Below are positions 8,968 through 20,990 of a DNA stretch of 64,000 nt, one piece after another. The translations under genes were made by a program, and so were the position numbers. Each line of letters starts with the position of its first letter. Position 1 is the stretch's first letter. The stretch covers positions 1 to 64,000 of the forward strand of contig JAQGDQ010000613.1 of the NCBI GenBank assembly GCA_030141605.1, written 5' to 3'. This DNA is from Tubiluchus corallicola (lineage: Eukaryota; Animalia; Priapulida). The notes below the pieces were generated by a model that was not told where the DNA came from, made no database searches, and was given only the letters and a program-made list of their open reading frames with translations.

Positions 8968-11900
8968 TATTTTTTTTATAATAATAATAAATCTTTATTA
9001 AAGAAATGAATATATATACACAAAGGTGCCTCTTTTTGCAGGCTCAGATCAACAAATTACATTTTCACATAACAAATCTTTTAAATCCAGTTTCACACTA
9101 TGTACAACGAATAACATTTTATACTTAAATTAGATATAATTTCAAACGAATCACAAGTATTATACAAACAAATTAACTTTACACAACTACATAATTTATT
9201 TTTTTTATACTGGAGCGGGCCTAAATTAACAGTTACTTAGTATAAAATTGTCCCTGATCAGGTTAGTGAAAGCCATTATTAAATTTTTATCAGATTGAAG
9301 CATAATATTACGTGTATAATTGGCATCAGCTATTTCCATGAACGGCATTCTTTTTGCATTATCTATTTTATTACATCTGAATAAAATGTGCTGAGGAGTT
9401 TGCTCTTCTTCTCCACATGGACATAAACTAGTATCACACATATTAAGTCTATACAAAAAGCTGTTAAAATTCCCCTGGCCAGTTAAAAAGGACATGGCAA
9501 TGGATTCTATTTTCCTTTCATTATTTCCAAGTGGCAAATTTAAGGGTGTACATTTTATATTCTGTATTTCAACATTATCTCCTCGAAATTGCATAACATG
9601 CCTATCTTTAGTTGCCCAGGTATAAGAAACATAATCTGTAATTTGACGTTTGGTATAAATTAACATATTTTCAGGAATTTGTTCAAGATCTGTATTACGA
9701 AAGTTTTCATTCCAGACAAATTTTAAAAAGTTTCTCACAGTCTGCACATTTGTATACATAATATTTTTATAAATATGTCTTCCTGTCAGACGTGTACTAC
9801 CATACCGCAGAATCTGTTGTTTTACTAAATCATTAGCGCTCTGACATAATGTCTTAAGACATGATTTAACCACAATTACATTTAGTTCAATGTCTAACGG
9901 TGGAAGACCACAAAGTAATTCCAATTTAGTACGATCTGGTTTAAAAGCCAACCCCGCAGAAACTTTCATTATATCATAGGTTATATCTTCAAATACAGTA
10001 AGTTTTTTACCTAACCATACAATAGCACCATACAGTATAATCGGCAAAATAGTAGTTTTATAAATATTTACAATGGTAGCAAGTCGCAAACCTGCATATT
10101 TACTGCAATTGTTTTTTACTTTCAACCATCTATACCATACCTTTTTATGAACATTGCCCGTGTGTTTAACAAATGTTAATTTCCGATCAACAGTTAGGCC
10201 TAATATTTTGCTGTCTTCAACAAACAATATTTCATTGTTACTAATTTTTAAATTGTCTGGCTTGTTATTTTCATCCCATGCCCCTACTAGCAATGCTTCT
10301 GTCTTACCAGGTAACGTATTTATCTTTAAACGCCATTTCTGGCACCATTTGTGAAGCACATCAGAACAGCTTTGTGCAATTGTAACACAAGTTTGCGGGT
10401 CTGTATTTGACACATGCAAAGATCCATCATCAACATACTTGTACTTTTTAACAGAGTCATGCATATTATAAAACATATCTGCAATGAAAAATATAAACAG
10501 TATTGGGGCTATAACTGACCCCTGTGGGAGTCCTAAATTGCATCGATATTGATCGGACATATAATCATTTATCTTTATGCAGATATTGCGATTTTGTAAT
10601 ATATATGCTATAAGGCGTAGCATAGACCCTCGTACATTTGCACAAATAAGTTTAAATAATAAACCTTTAACCCAAACACTGTCGAACGCTTTTTCGTAAT
10701 CACAGCAAATTGTTATACCGTATGCATTATTCAAAATGTCGTCTTCCATATCAGTAACTAATCTGGTTAAATAACGTACTGTATTTTTGCCTTTTATGAA
10801 GACTTCTTGCTCTGTATCAATGCAGTTTAACTGAAAGAAATGATTTTTAAGTCTATTTGATATTAAACGCTCAACAAGTTTACCTACATACGAAGAAATG
10901 GTTATTGGACGATAATTACTGGCATTTGAATAATCGATTTTGTTAGGTTTTTTAGTGGAATTACTTTCGTGCACGTCCAAGGCCATACTTGATTCTCTAA
11001 GCACATATTTGCGATACGTAATACAATATTTTTTGCTACTGGCCCAAAATGTTTTATCATTTTTGGGTGAAACCCATCGGAGTCAAGCGACTTGCCTTCA
11101 GTTCGCACTTCACTTACTGCATTTTCTAATTCTTGTAAATTAAACCAGTTATTTACACAAAAATTTTCGTTTTGTTCCCAGTCCATAACTGATAATGAGC
11201 GTTCAATGTGATTTTTCCAGTTTTCATCAAATTCTTCCGCGTTCATGTGTTCCCCACTAAAAAAAGTCTTATATAATAAATCAGCACTATCCGAGGCCGA
11301 GACTACAGGTGAGCCATTACTAATTAATAAATCAACACTATTATTATTATTGCTATTTACACCTTTAAAAATTTGTTTATATGTTTTCCAGAAGATGGCA
11401 CCTTTTTCTACATTTAGTTTTTCTGTCTTGCTCTGTAGCCATCTATTCATAGCACTACTAAGTTCACTATCAAAGTTTTCTTTGTCAGTAATATAGATGA
11501 GTTTATTTTCGTAGCTTGAGTGTCTTTTGAACTTCTTCCTGCTGCGTCGAACAAGTCTTGATAACCGTGATAGCTCTGCAGTCCAGAACGGTTTATTGTG
11601 AGCACAGATAACTTTACGTTTTAGAGCCAACATATTACTTTCGGCAATAGTTTCTCTAAACCAGTGCCACATACTAATGACGTCATTGGATAATAACAAG
11701 TTATTGAAGACTACGTCGTTTGCCATCAAGCGCTCGTCTAAGTTACGTGACCATTCTGTCCAATTGCTACCCTTAATGTCGAACACATGTTTCTTTTCTG
11801 CCAAATTTGCTTGCGACGTATTAAAGCTGGATATCACAGGATAATGTCCCATTAAGGGGGCGCCACTAAACAACTCGACCTCACAGTCCACATATTGATT

Positions 11901-12073
11901 TAACACTATATTTGCCATTTTATCAGTTGAAATTATTAAATCGATTGTACTTGCACCAGTACCGGAGCGAAAAGTGCTCGACGATGGAGCAAAAAAAGTT
12001 ACTTTGCTGTTATTTGCACAAATGAAATCTTTGAGCACTTTGCCATTCGCATTATCTGAAGTATCCCACAAAT
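8968..12073 (-). mobile_element. 5'-truncated non-LTR retrotransposon (APE + RT + C-terminal CCHC, no RNase H seen; Jockey/I-group-like, clade uncertain)
   Basis: Flanked by a 10-bp TSD ACCGAGAGGA (8958-8967 and 12074-12083). The minus-strand 3' end reads AATAAAGATTTATTATTATTATAAAAAAAA. The element starts inside the endonuclease domain. Confidence 0.93.
9226..12071 (-). pseudogene. LINE ORF2 (endonuclease end, reverse transcriptase, zinc knuckle) split by one frameshift
   Basis: APE motifs TFRSGTGASTIDL and GHYPVI. RT motifs NYRPITIS, DYEKAFDSV, GLPQGSVIAPILF, YVDD. C-terminal CPCGEEEQTPQHILFRC. The two ORFs join if one base is added to the homopolymer at 10948-10953, restoring VIPLKKPNK. 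Confidence 0.9.
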
Positions 12074-13623
12074 ACCGAGAGGAGTACTGGCGAGTTAATT
12101 ACATGTTCTATTTTCGACAATTTTCGCTTAGAAAACTGCTGACGCAAAGGCATTGTTGTGACGTCATCCATTGTACTTTGTCTATAACCTTATAGATTTA
12201 AGCTAAAAGCAAAAAGCTGCTACAGGCTTTGCGTTAGGTAAGTAAACAAACAGTAGGCAGGATGTTCGCGTATTTTTGAGGACTATGTAGGATGTTCGCG
12301 TATTATTGATTACACGTGTATTTATACGCAAAATCTTTTGCGGGGCCTTTCCTAGTTTGAAGTTTGAATAATAATTTCATGCTGAGCTACAGTTAATTAG
12401 TTGTTGGCTCTGTTTACCTTAGCGTTACAACAAGGCGCTGTTCTGGTAAAATACAATCCCGAAAATTTGTGTTCTGTTTCTTAACGCATTCAGAACACAA
12501 ATCAAGTAAAATTCGGAAGGTTGCAGGTTGCATTCTCAAATAACTAAGGCACTTTTCTTCATCCATTACAACATGTTACAACAAATGATGATATTCGCCT
12601 GGCTGTCCACGGTTTTCAAATATTGGGTGAACCCAAGAACGATGTTGTCGCTTCCTGTATCGCCTACTTGCCTTTTTATTTAACCACCACAGCAAAATAA
12701 AAATCTTCATTCGTCTAGAAAGTCTCATGTTTAGAATTTCGCGCTAAAATTTTGGTTCATTTTACGGAATGAGTGCGGTCCCAATGGAAACAACTTTTGC
12801 TGACGTAAAACGTGCGGACAGAAAAGTCTGTGTTTGTGCGGACGTAGTGGAAACACGACCTTAGTTACGACAGTGTTTATCATTGTCACAATAACATTTC
12901 GCTGTGTAGCATTGTTTACAAATCCTGCGTCACAGAAACGACAACTTTACTTAGTGTAACCTGCAATTTTCCGAAGATTCACGTGCAAATGTTTTTTTTG
13001 GGGGCTGGGGTGTAACTTTGAGGCCTCGTTTCAGTAGAAGATAGTAAAAAAGTTCCTTACAATAGCGTTTTTTAAATATAACTTAATCTTAGAAATCTTT
13101 AATCTTTAACTGAAACTAATTGGTAAAAAGTTTATTTATATAAGTTATAATTATAAAAACAGTTAGGAAATGAATTCTTCATAAATTAACAAATTTTTAC
13201 GTAGATTGTGGCAATTTAACCAAGGCTTATTATTTACACATTTTAACGCACTTCAAAATTGGAAACGTAACATTATTTTCCTGGCCCATATGCAGAGAAC
13301 TACACGGTATTGAGGTTGTGCTGCCACCTGCAGTTGAAAACAATTATTTCTTAGTTATTTAATTTTACGAGGTTTAATCCATTAAGAGAGTGTATAAACA
13401 AGTTCTATATATAGATAAAAACTGATTACCTGCATTAGTACTGCGTTTAACGAATAAAAAACAATGATTTCTATTAGAATTTGATATAAAATTATTGAAT
13501 GTATATGCACAATGTTTATTAAATTTCCACTTTATACTGCATTAGACTAACAGCTTTGGCTTCCCAGTCTTTCATAATCAGAAATATACCAGAAAAGCGT
13601 TGTATTTGCAAGCAGCAACGTTG

Positions 13624-16043
13624 CTATTTGCAAATTTCCAATTCATCACCGATCCACTCTCCATTATCGTCACATTCCAATTTCACATTTTTGCCAGAAC
13701 TTCTACACGTCACATCCAACTGTTCCGCAGTAAACCAATAAGTAAAATTTGAAACATTTTGAACGTACGAAGGTATATATGGTGTTGGGCACACCCGCTC
13801 ACAATATCCAAGCGTTCCAGACCATTGTCCACTCGATTCGCAAGTAATGGACATATCATAACCTATATCTCTGCATTCACGTTTCCGAGACGCAGAAATA
13901 TGACGACAGACGTCCGGCATTGGTTCATAGCCGCCATTACATTGCAATATGGCAGAAATCTTCTCCTGCGTGTGTGAGCTTAATAAAATTCCATTGTCCA
14001 CAATGTGAGTAGGTTCTCCACAGTGGACCAACTCACATCGTGGCTCAGAACTGCTCCACTGTCCGTCAGCAAGGCACATTCTCAAAACAGCACCGTTCAA
14101 CTTATACCCGGCGAAACATCTATACAAGACAAAAGCGCCAACTGGATACGTCTCTTTAATGTCGCCTGTAATGTAACCCTTTCTGACGTCAGACAGACCA
14201 GGACAGACGGTTTCTCTGCAAACAGGCTCCGGAGAACTCCACATGCCAGAGATAGAGCAAACTGCCACTTTCTCTCCTGCAAGATGGTAACCTCTGTCAC
14301 ACAGAAACGTGGCTTTACTTCCTGGGCTAGTCTTATTATAGATTACTTGACCATTTGCTGGTGCCACAGGGTCATCACACACAAAAGGTGTACATTCTGG
14401 TGGGCTGTTGCTCCAAGTAAAGTTCTCTCTGCAATACAGCGCTTCTGTACCTATAAGCTTGTAACCTGGAAGACAGTTAACAAACGTTTGTGCTCCAACA
14501 TGCCTGTCACCAACTACAGCGCCATGTTCCACAAACAACTCTGGACAGGTTGCATTGACGCATGTAGGAGCTTCGTCACTCCAAGTACCATCCGGTTGAC
14601 ATTTCATCAGTTCTGTTCCGCTCAGTTGATAACCAGTGAAGCATGTAAAATACGCTTCTGTTTTGGAAGCTAAGAAAGGAAAACGCGCCCTCACATATAC
14701 CTTGCCATTTTCTGGTGCTTTTGGTGGCATACAGGTCACTAGAAAACACACAGGCACAAGCTCATTCCACCTATTCCTTCCTACACAAGTCAGTTCATCA
14801 TAACCTACTAAAGCATATCCCGGTCTACAGGTAAAGCGTATTGTATCGCCAACATTTAGTGTGCTATATTCCACAGAACCGAAGGAAAAATCAGGTGGCT
14901 CACAGATATTCTCTACACATACAGGTGGTTCAGCATCCCATGAAAGATCATCTTGACAGAGTAGGGATTTTGGCCCCTTCAAGCCAAAACCCTGAATGCA
15001 GAAAAACGTGATGTTTTCTCCCGGAAACTGTCCCTGGGTGCTGATTCCTCCATTTTCTGGAGCCAGTGGAAGACAACAACTTGATTCTGATTTACACACG
15101 CAACCAGCATTTAACTTGTACGTCCAAACATGTCCCTCTTCACAAAGATTATGCACAGGAGCACGACTATCAATAGGATAGTATCCATATGGACAGGTGT
15201 ACAATACCAACGTGCCAACGTCCCACTTAGCACCTCTGGCAACTGCCAGAATTGTATTGGGACCTAGAGGTGGAGGTCCGCAATCCACAGGAACACATAC
15301 TGGCTGCTGTCCCCTCCACTTGAAATTCCAAAGGTCACAATACTGCCTCTCAGAGCCATCTAGCTCCCATTTTGGTTCGCAGGTATACAGAGCAAAATCT
15401 TCGTACAGTTCCACAAAACCATGAGCAGGCGGTTCAGGAGCTTCGCAGGAACCATCTGATATTTTGATGCACGACGGTGGAATGCCAGACCACTCTCCAT
15501 CAAAGCAAGTCCTCTTGCGTATTCCCTGGAGCAAATATCCTGCTTCACACACGTACGTGGCACTACTTCCATTGTCCAAGCCATCTAAACTCACATATCC
15601 ATGTGGCACAGATATTACCTGAATGTCACGGCATCGTCTACTGCACGTAGGCGTGTTTTCTAACGACCATCCTGTCTCTTGGCTGCAAGTGGCAACTTGC
15701 AGTCCATCCGTGACATTCAACTGTTCAAAACCCGCCAGACATTTGTACTCGCCCTCCATTACTCTGACGTAATAGCTCTGCCCACTGCTGGTTGTACGAT
15801 GCATAGTCTGCTGCCTTAACCAGACAAAATGAGCGTTCTTGACACGTGGTACTTTTCTACAGTCGTGGATACATCTGTACACAGCCGGCCTCCATTTTCC
15901 ATTATTACAAGTCAAAATCTTGACAGTTGAGGTGAATCCCTCGGTACAGGTCAAATCAACATTGTCCCCGTGTCGATGCCAACCTTTCTTTGGCGAAATT
16001 CGTCCATGTTCGGGCGGTACTGGATCAGGGCAATAGTCGGTTT
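13624..16043 (-). CDS. Secreted 13x Sushi/CCP (SCR) domain protein, coding exon 2 (all 13 modules)
   Basis: 13 modules with the C..P..G..C..GY/F..C..W..C pattern and no TM or GPI-type tail. Acceptor TTTATGTTTAG|AAACC at 16044/16043 (phase 1). The track's TTG start lies in the intron. Confidence 0.92.
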
Positions 16044-16166
16044 CTAAACATAAAGCAAACAATAATATGTATAAATTTGAGGTCGTCGTAATTTACACTG
16101 TAGTCTATATCATTTACCTTGAATTAAATGAATGAAAATATTATTATACATACACATTTATTTAAT

Positions 16167-16171
<5 letters not shown>

Positions 16172-16232
<61 letters not shown>
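16172..16232. repeat. (CA)n microsatellite
   Basis: About 30 perfect AC units. Confidence 0.95.
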
Positions 16233-16238
<6 letters not shown>

Positions 16239-16341
16239 CATATAAACAGTTCAAATTAACCACATACGTATACAAATACAAATATATATGTCTATATATA
16301 TATATATATATGTATACGACGTATACACTATATATATATAT

Positions 16342-18227
16342 ATAACCAATTAAAATTAACTGCTATTTGCAAGTGTTAAAACAAATACCAATATGAGCGA
16401 CATCAAACACAAACATTTCAATATAAAGCTAATACACATATTACAAATGATAACAAGCATAAAAAAATAACACGTACAATTGTGTAATTCAAATGATAGA
16501 ACGACATAAAAACATACTTTCCGACACAAGACTAATATCCATCACAAACTAAAACTGTACAACACACTAACGTTATTAACGTATTGAATTTATTAAACGA
16601 AGCTGGAGTGTTAGTAATAATTGAGATTGTTAATATTGTATATAACTTTACTGCAAACTATTTGTACTAATCCCTCTTTGTAAATTAAATGTACATTTCA
16701 ATGTATGTAGTTTACCAATGGTTTATACTAACCTTGTAAATTGAGACAAACATTATCACTGCAATTACACTGTTATTTTTTTATATTTCATAACAGCCCA
16801 GACAACTTTAGGTAAGCCTGCCTGCAGTTTCGTAGACTGTTATATATGTAGAATATTTCAGTTATACTTCTTCTTCTTCTTCTTCTTTTTCTGTTGCTCT
16901 AAACATCTATTGTAGCCTTAGAGTCTCTATCCTTTATTAGAGCACTCCACTGTTTCCTGTCTACAGCTAAAACTTTCACCTCCCGTGATGCTATGATCTC
17001 AGCTGTTGTAAATCTGTATTAATTCTTGACATCCAAGTTCTTTTGGTTTTGCCTGAAGGTCATTTAGTAGGTTTCAGTGCCTCGTTTAATGCTAATCTTA
17101 CTGGTGTTGTTTCTGACAATCTCATTAAATGACTTACCCATCTTAATCTTCTGATTCTGATTTTAGTGCTCCAGTGTTCTACTTTGGTTCTGTTTAATGC
17201 TAATCTTACTGGTGCTGTTTCTGGCAATCTCATTAAATGACCTACCCATCTTAGTCGTCTGATTCTGATTTCAGTGCTCCAGTGTTCTACTTTGGTTCTG
17301 TTTAATGCTAATCTTACTGGTGTTGTTTCTAACAATCTCATTAAATGACCTACCCATCTCAGTCTTCTGATTCTGATTTCAGTGCTCCAGTGTTCTTCTT
17401 TGGTTCTGTTATACAGCTGCTCATTTGAAATGATATATGGCCATTTTATTTTTAAGATTTTTCTGAGTAGGCCTCTGTGAAATACATTTATTTCTGCTTC
17501 CTGAGTTGCAGTTAAGCCCCACGTTTCACTGTTGTACATTAAGATACTAGTTATATATGCATTAGAGAGTCGCAGCTTTGTTTTGAGGGATAGTCACTTG
17601 CTGGTTAGAATTGATTTATTTTGGATGAAACCGTACATTGCCCATTGTTTCCTGTTTTTGATATCATCGTCTATGTTAAGTAATGATCCCAAGTATTTGC
17701 AACGTTTCCAGGATTGATTTCGAAGACAAAGTAATTGGCTACACGTTTTGTGCATAAGCCTTGCTGGTAGTAATATTTAAATTGAAACGCCATTTAATAT
17801 CATTTCTAAGAAATAACATATTCAGGATTTTATATATTCCATTGAATTCAATTCAATTCACATACTTATACATATACATATACGTACACGTACTCATATT
17901 CAAATACAAATACATACACATACATTACATACATACACATAAACATACACATACACATATACATATACGTGTACACTATACATATATATAACCAGTTGAA
18001 ATTAACTGCTGTTTACAAGTCGTAAAACAAACTTATAAGCGACATCAAACACAAGCATTTCAATATAAAGCTAACACACGTATTACAAACGGTATCAAAC
18101 ATCAAACAAATAATACATACAATTATATAATACAAATTCAAATGATACAACGACATAGAAAACATACTTTCCTGCACAAAACCAATATTCATCAGATACT
18201 AAAACTAATTACAACATACAACACACT
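16342..18227. repeat. Diverged ~230-bp direct duplication in the CCP-gene intron (~16342-16568 and ~17988-18227)
   Basis: Shared blocks AATTAACTGCT, AGCGACATCAAACAC, CATTTCAATATAAAGCTAA, AACATACTTTCC, CTAAAACT..ACAACACACT. Each copy is preceded by CA/TA microsatellite. Confidence 0.8.
16867..17720 (-). mobile_element. RTE-like LINE 3' fragment with an internal 3 x 108-bp tandem triplication
   Basis: YNSETW..INVFHRGLLRKILKIKW..ISNEQLY..RRLRWVGHLMRL is a typical RTE/RTE-X C-terminus, followed by a (GAA)n tail. The unit recurs at 17091, 17199 and 17307. Confidence 0.88.
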
Positions 18228-18271
18228 GCCTTATACACTATATATTGCATAATAATTGCAACACAACCTAC

Positions 18272-18335
18272 GTGGTGCTGCTGATGTTGACGACAACAAC
18301 GACAATATGAAGACGAGTTCGCAAATTCTTGACAT
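18272..18335 (-). CDS. Signal-peptide exon (coding exon 1) of the CCP protein: MSRICELVFILSLLSSTSAAP
   Basis: AAAATG at 18335, 64 coding nt, donor C|GTAGGT (phase 1). It joins exon 2 in frame (AAP-Q-TDYCPDP). An acceptor TTTTATTTGTAG| at 18412/18411 implies a further 5' UTR exon. Confidence 0.85.
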
Positions 18336-18659
18336 TTTCTTATGAAGGGAAAGAACTTCCGGTTCACTCACATTCTTGACTTCTCAGCAAATTAGGTAGT
18401 TTCCTTGATTCCTACAAATAAAAGGCAAAAACAGTAAAACATTGTTCATACGAAACATACATTGCGTAAGAAAAACACATACAGTAACTCACACACTTAC
18501 TTATTACCACATCATCATACTTACTCAATCTTAGATCACCATTGTTACACGGATCCATATAATAGATCTAACTAACAGCATCAAGAAAAGTCCAGGAGGA
18601 CCACCAAGGATGTCAAGAGGAAACCTGTATGTCAAGGAGAGATTAATATTGCATTTTAC

Positions 18660-19345
18660 TGATGACCATATTTTAATAGCATTATATTTTGATGACTGTT
18701 TCATTATATTTGTTTTTGGAAGGGGGAGTACATAGTTTTCAACTGAATATCTTGTGTAATGATCTTGTTGATTTGAAACTGGACTAAAGTAAGACTGAGA
18801 AGCAGGTGGAAGTAGTGAATTTTTATTGTCTTCATTTCATGTATCACTATAAAAATTCACTACTTCCACCAGCTTTTCAGTCTTACTTTAGTCCAGTTTC
18901 AAATCAACATGATCATTACACAAGATATTCAGTCGAAAACTATGTACTCCCCCTTCCAAAAACAAATATAATGAAACAGTCATCAAAATATAATGCTATT
19001 AAAATATGGTCATCAATTCCGCGTGACATGAAAACTCTTAATCTTTATCAATTTAAAAAAAGTATCAAAGAATTACCTACTACAAAGGTATAATTAACTC
19101 ACAATAATTAACTCCTGATCTTAAGTTACTAACAAAACTTATTTTGTTCCAATGTACGATATAACTGATGAAAATGTAATGTTAATTGTCAATTGTTTCA
19201 CTTATCTGGAGGAGGACTCGAAAGCTCAATGCTCCTTCCTCCTCCTCACAGTAACTCGCATAGTTTATTTACTTTTTTTCAATGTTATATCAATTTATAT
19301 GTACGTTTGAGTTGCTGTGGAATAAATAAATTCATAAATTCATAA
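18660..19345 (+). mobile_element. L2/CR1-group-like LINE 3' end with a 167-bp inverted duplication at its 5' end
   Basis: Encodes FMYHYKNSLLPPAFQSYF..HDHYTR..IKIWSSIP..FKKSIK. The 3' UTR has a stem-loop-like GGAGGAGG..CCTCCTCC and an AATAAATAAA(TTCATAAA)n tail. The arms are 18660-18826 and 18849-19015. Confidence 0.85.
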
Positions 19346-20409
19346 TTTACTAATTCTCATTTATCAAGGACGCGAGTGACATACTTTGTTTCCGGCTTAC
19401 TATGTGCCGAATTGTATTAGAAAAATAGTACGCTCAAGTATGGATATTATTGTACAGAAAGGATTGTGTATATCTATAGTGCATTCTGCATTTAAAATTA
19501 TTTTGATTAGACACATCTGCTTGCATTGAACTTGAAGAAGTTTAAACTGCTGTTCTACAAAACTCGCAAACACATTGACATTCACAAACCAAAATTCGAT
19601 ACCGTTATTAATGTTCCACCAAGCTTCCTCATCTTATTCCTAGGAAACACAGTAAAAATCGCAGTGATACACGCAGTCTTTGACATATTTTATACGCACC
19701 ATCACTAATATAAGACGCAACGTTTGCAGCTGAAACTTTGTGAACGAGAAAGAGACGCAGCAGCATCTATCACAGACTGAAGATACTCATTCCAATTGGG
19801 CTGGTATCATATAGTCCCAGGAGGAAAAACGGGTAAGAGAAACTGTTGCTAAAAGCGCAGTGTATTGATGACCTTAAACTGTCAGTTTTGTTTTAACTCA
19901 ATATACACAACCCAGAGACGGAACGATGGAGGAAGTTATTGAGGTTGTTCAACTTCTGCTTAATCGAGCGACCGCGTTTTATGCGCAGAATATTAGATAG
20001 AGTATCTTTCTAAATTTCATCACTGCAGTCTAAGAAGTACGAGATTAAATTTTTTATTAATAATAATGGGCGTTCAGCAGAAGTCGATTTATTTAGGCTT
20101 CCCGTAACAGTTAAGACTTCTGGCCTTTAGCAAATACGATCACAATGTGTTCTTTTAATCACAGTGTACAACTAATCTAGTTTACTGATGGTCACTTTTT
20201 TTACGGTATAAGCATTGTAGCTTTATTTCCTACATCCAAGGGCGGACAGTAATCAAAAGCCTTGCAGTATTACAATACGTAACTTTTGGCTTCGAAAATT
20301 ACAAGGTCATGACGGAGATCATGGCATGCTAAGTCTTATTACAAATGCCACGCGTAAGCAACATATTTAAATATGTTCAGAAATTTCTGGTAACCTATGA
20401 CAAAAGGAC

Positions 20410-20990
20410 TAGATTAGATGTAGATTTATTTCTCACAAAAAGCAATGTACATTCAATGATACGTAACAATAATTACAAAATTGCGAGCCAAAAAAACTGA
20501 TTGTTTACAATAAAATGCTTCAATCTGTGCTGAAAGAAAATCTTGTAAGCACAACATTGACAGTAAGAAAGGTAGTAAGATAGCTAGGCAACACAAGTCA
20601 GGGTGTAACATTCAGGTGTGTGCATAGAGAAGAATGCGAATACATAGGAATCACCTGTGGAAAAGATCAGAAAGCCCCAAACTTCAAAACATCCCTCAGT
20701 ACATTGGCTTAATGAACACACCAAGCCAAGTAAGATTGTTGCGATGTTTTTTTCGTTAGATTGCGTTGTGCAAAGCTGTTTTGTGGGTGGGGTCTCGGAG
20801 GGAATTTTATGCCTCTTTCTACAAAGAGAGTTATGAGAAAGGGTAGTTCGTTTTTGTAAACACTTCCACGAGAATGAACGATTACGAGCTGGATTCAGGC
20901 TCCATTTCAATGAGGTGCTGCTTGTGAAAATGCACAATTGCGTGTATAACCTGTGCTTATGAACTGTCTTCAATATACAGAAGACCAAAC
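20410..20990 (-). mobile_element. Degenerate LINE 3' fragment
   Basis: Minus-strand AATAAA followed by a TCTAC/TCTAA tail at ~20410-20430, and residual RT C-terminal-like peptide (TTLS..LCRK). Heavily decayed. Confidence 0.4.

Larger units (their letters stand above)
8393..12355 (+). mobile_element. Non-autonomous Helitron-like element, copy 2, interrupted by a LINE
   Basis: Starts with TC immediately after the CTAG of copy 1. The 3' end has the hairpin CGCAAAA-TC-TTTTGCG (12327-12342), 9 nt before CTAG (12352-12355), followed by T. These are canonical Helitron termini. Confidence 0.75.

Noticed and set aside
10902-11004. Programmed ribosomal frameshift between the two LINE ORFs
   Set aside because: The break falls inside a normally continuous ORF2, at a homopolymer, so a mutation or sequencing indel is simpler.
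16044-16062. Track start MFALCLE for the CCP protein
   Set aside because: It is a TTG inside the polypyrimidine tract. The spliced ATG exon at 18272-18335 gives a proper signal peptide in the right phase.
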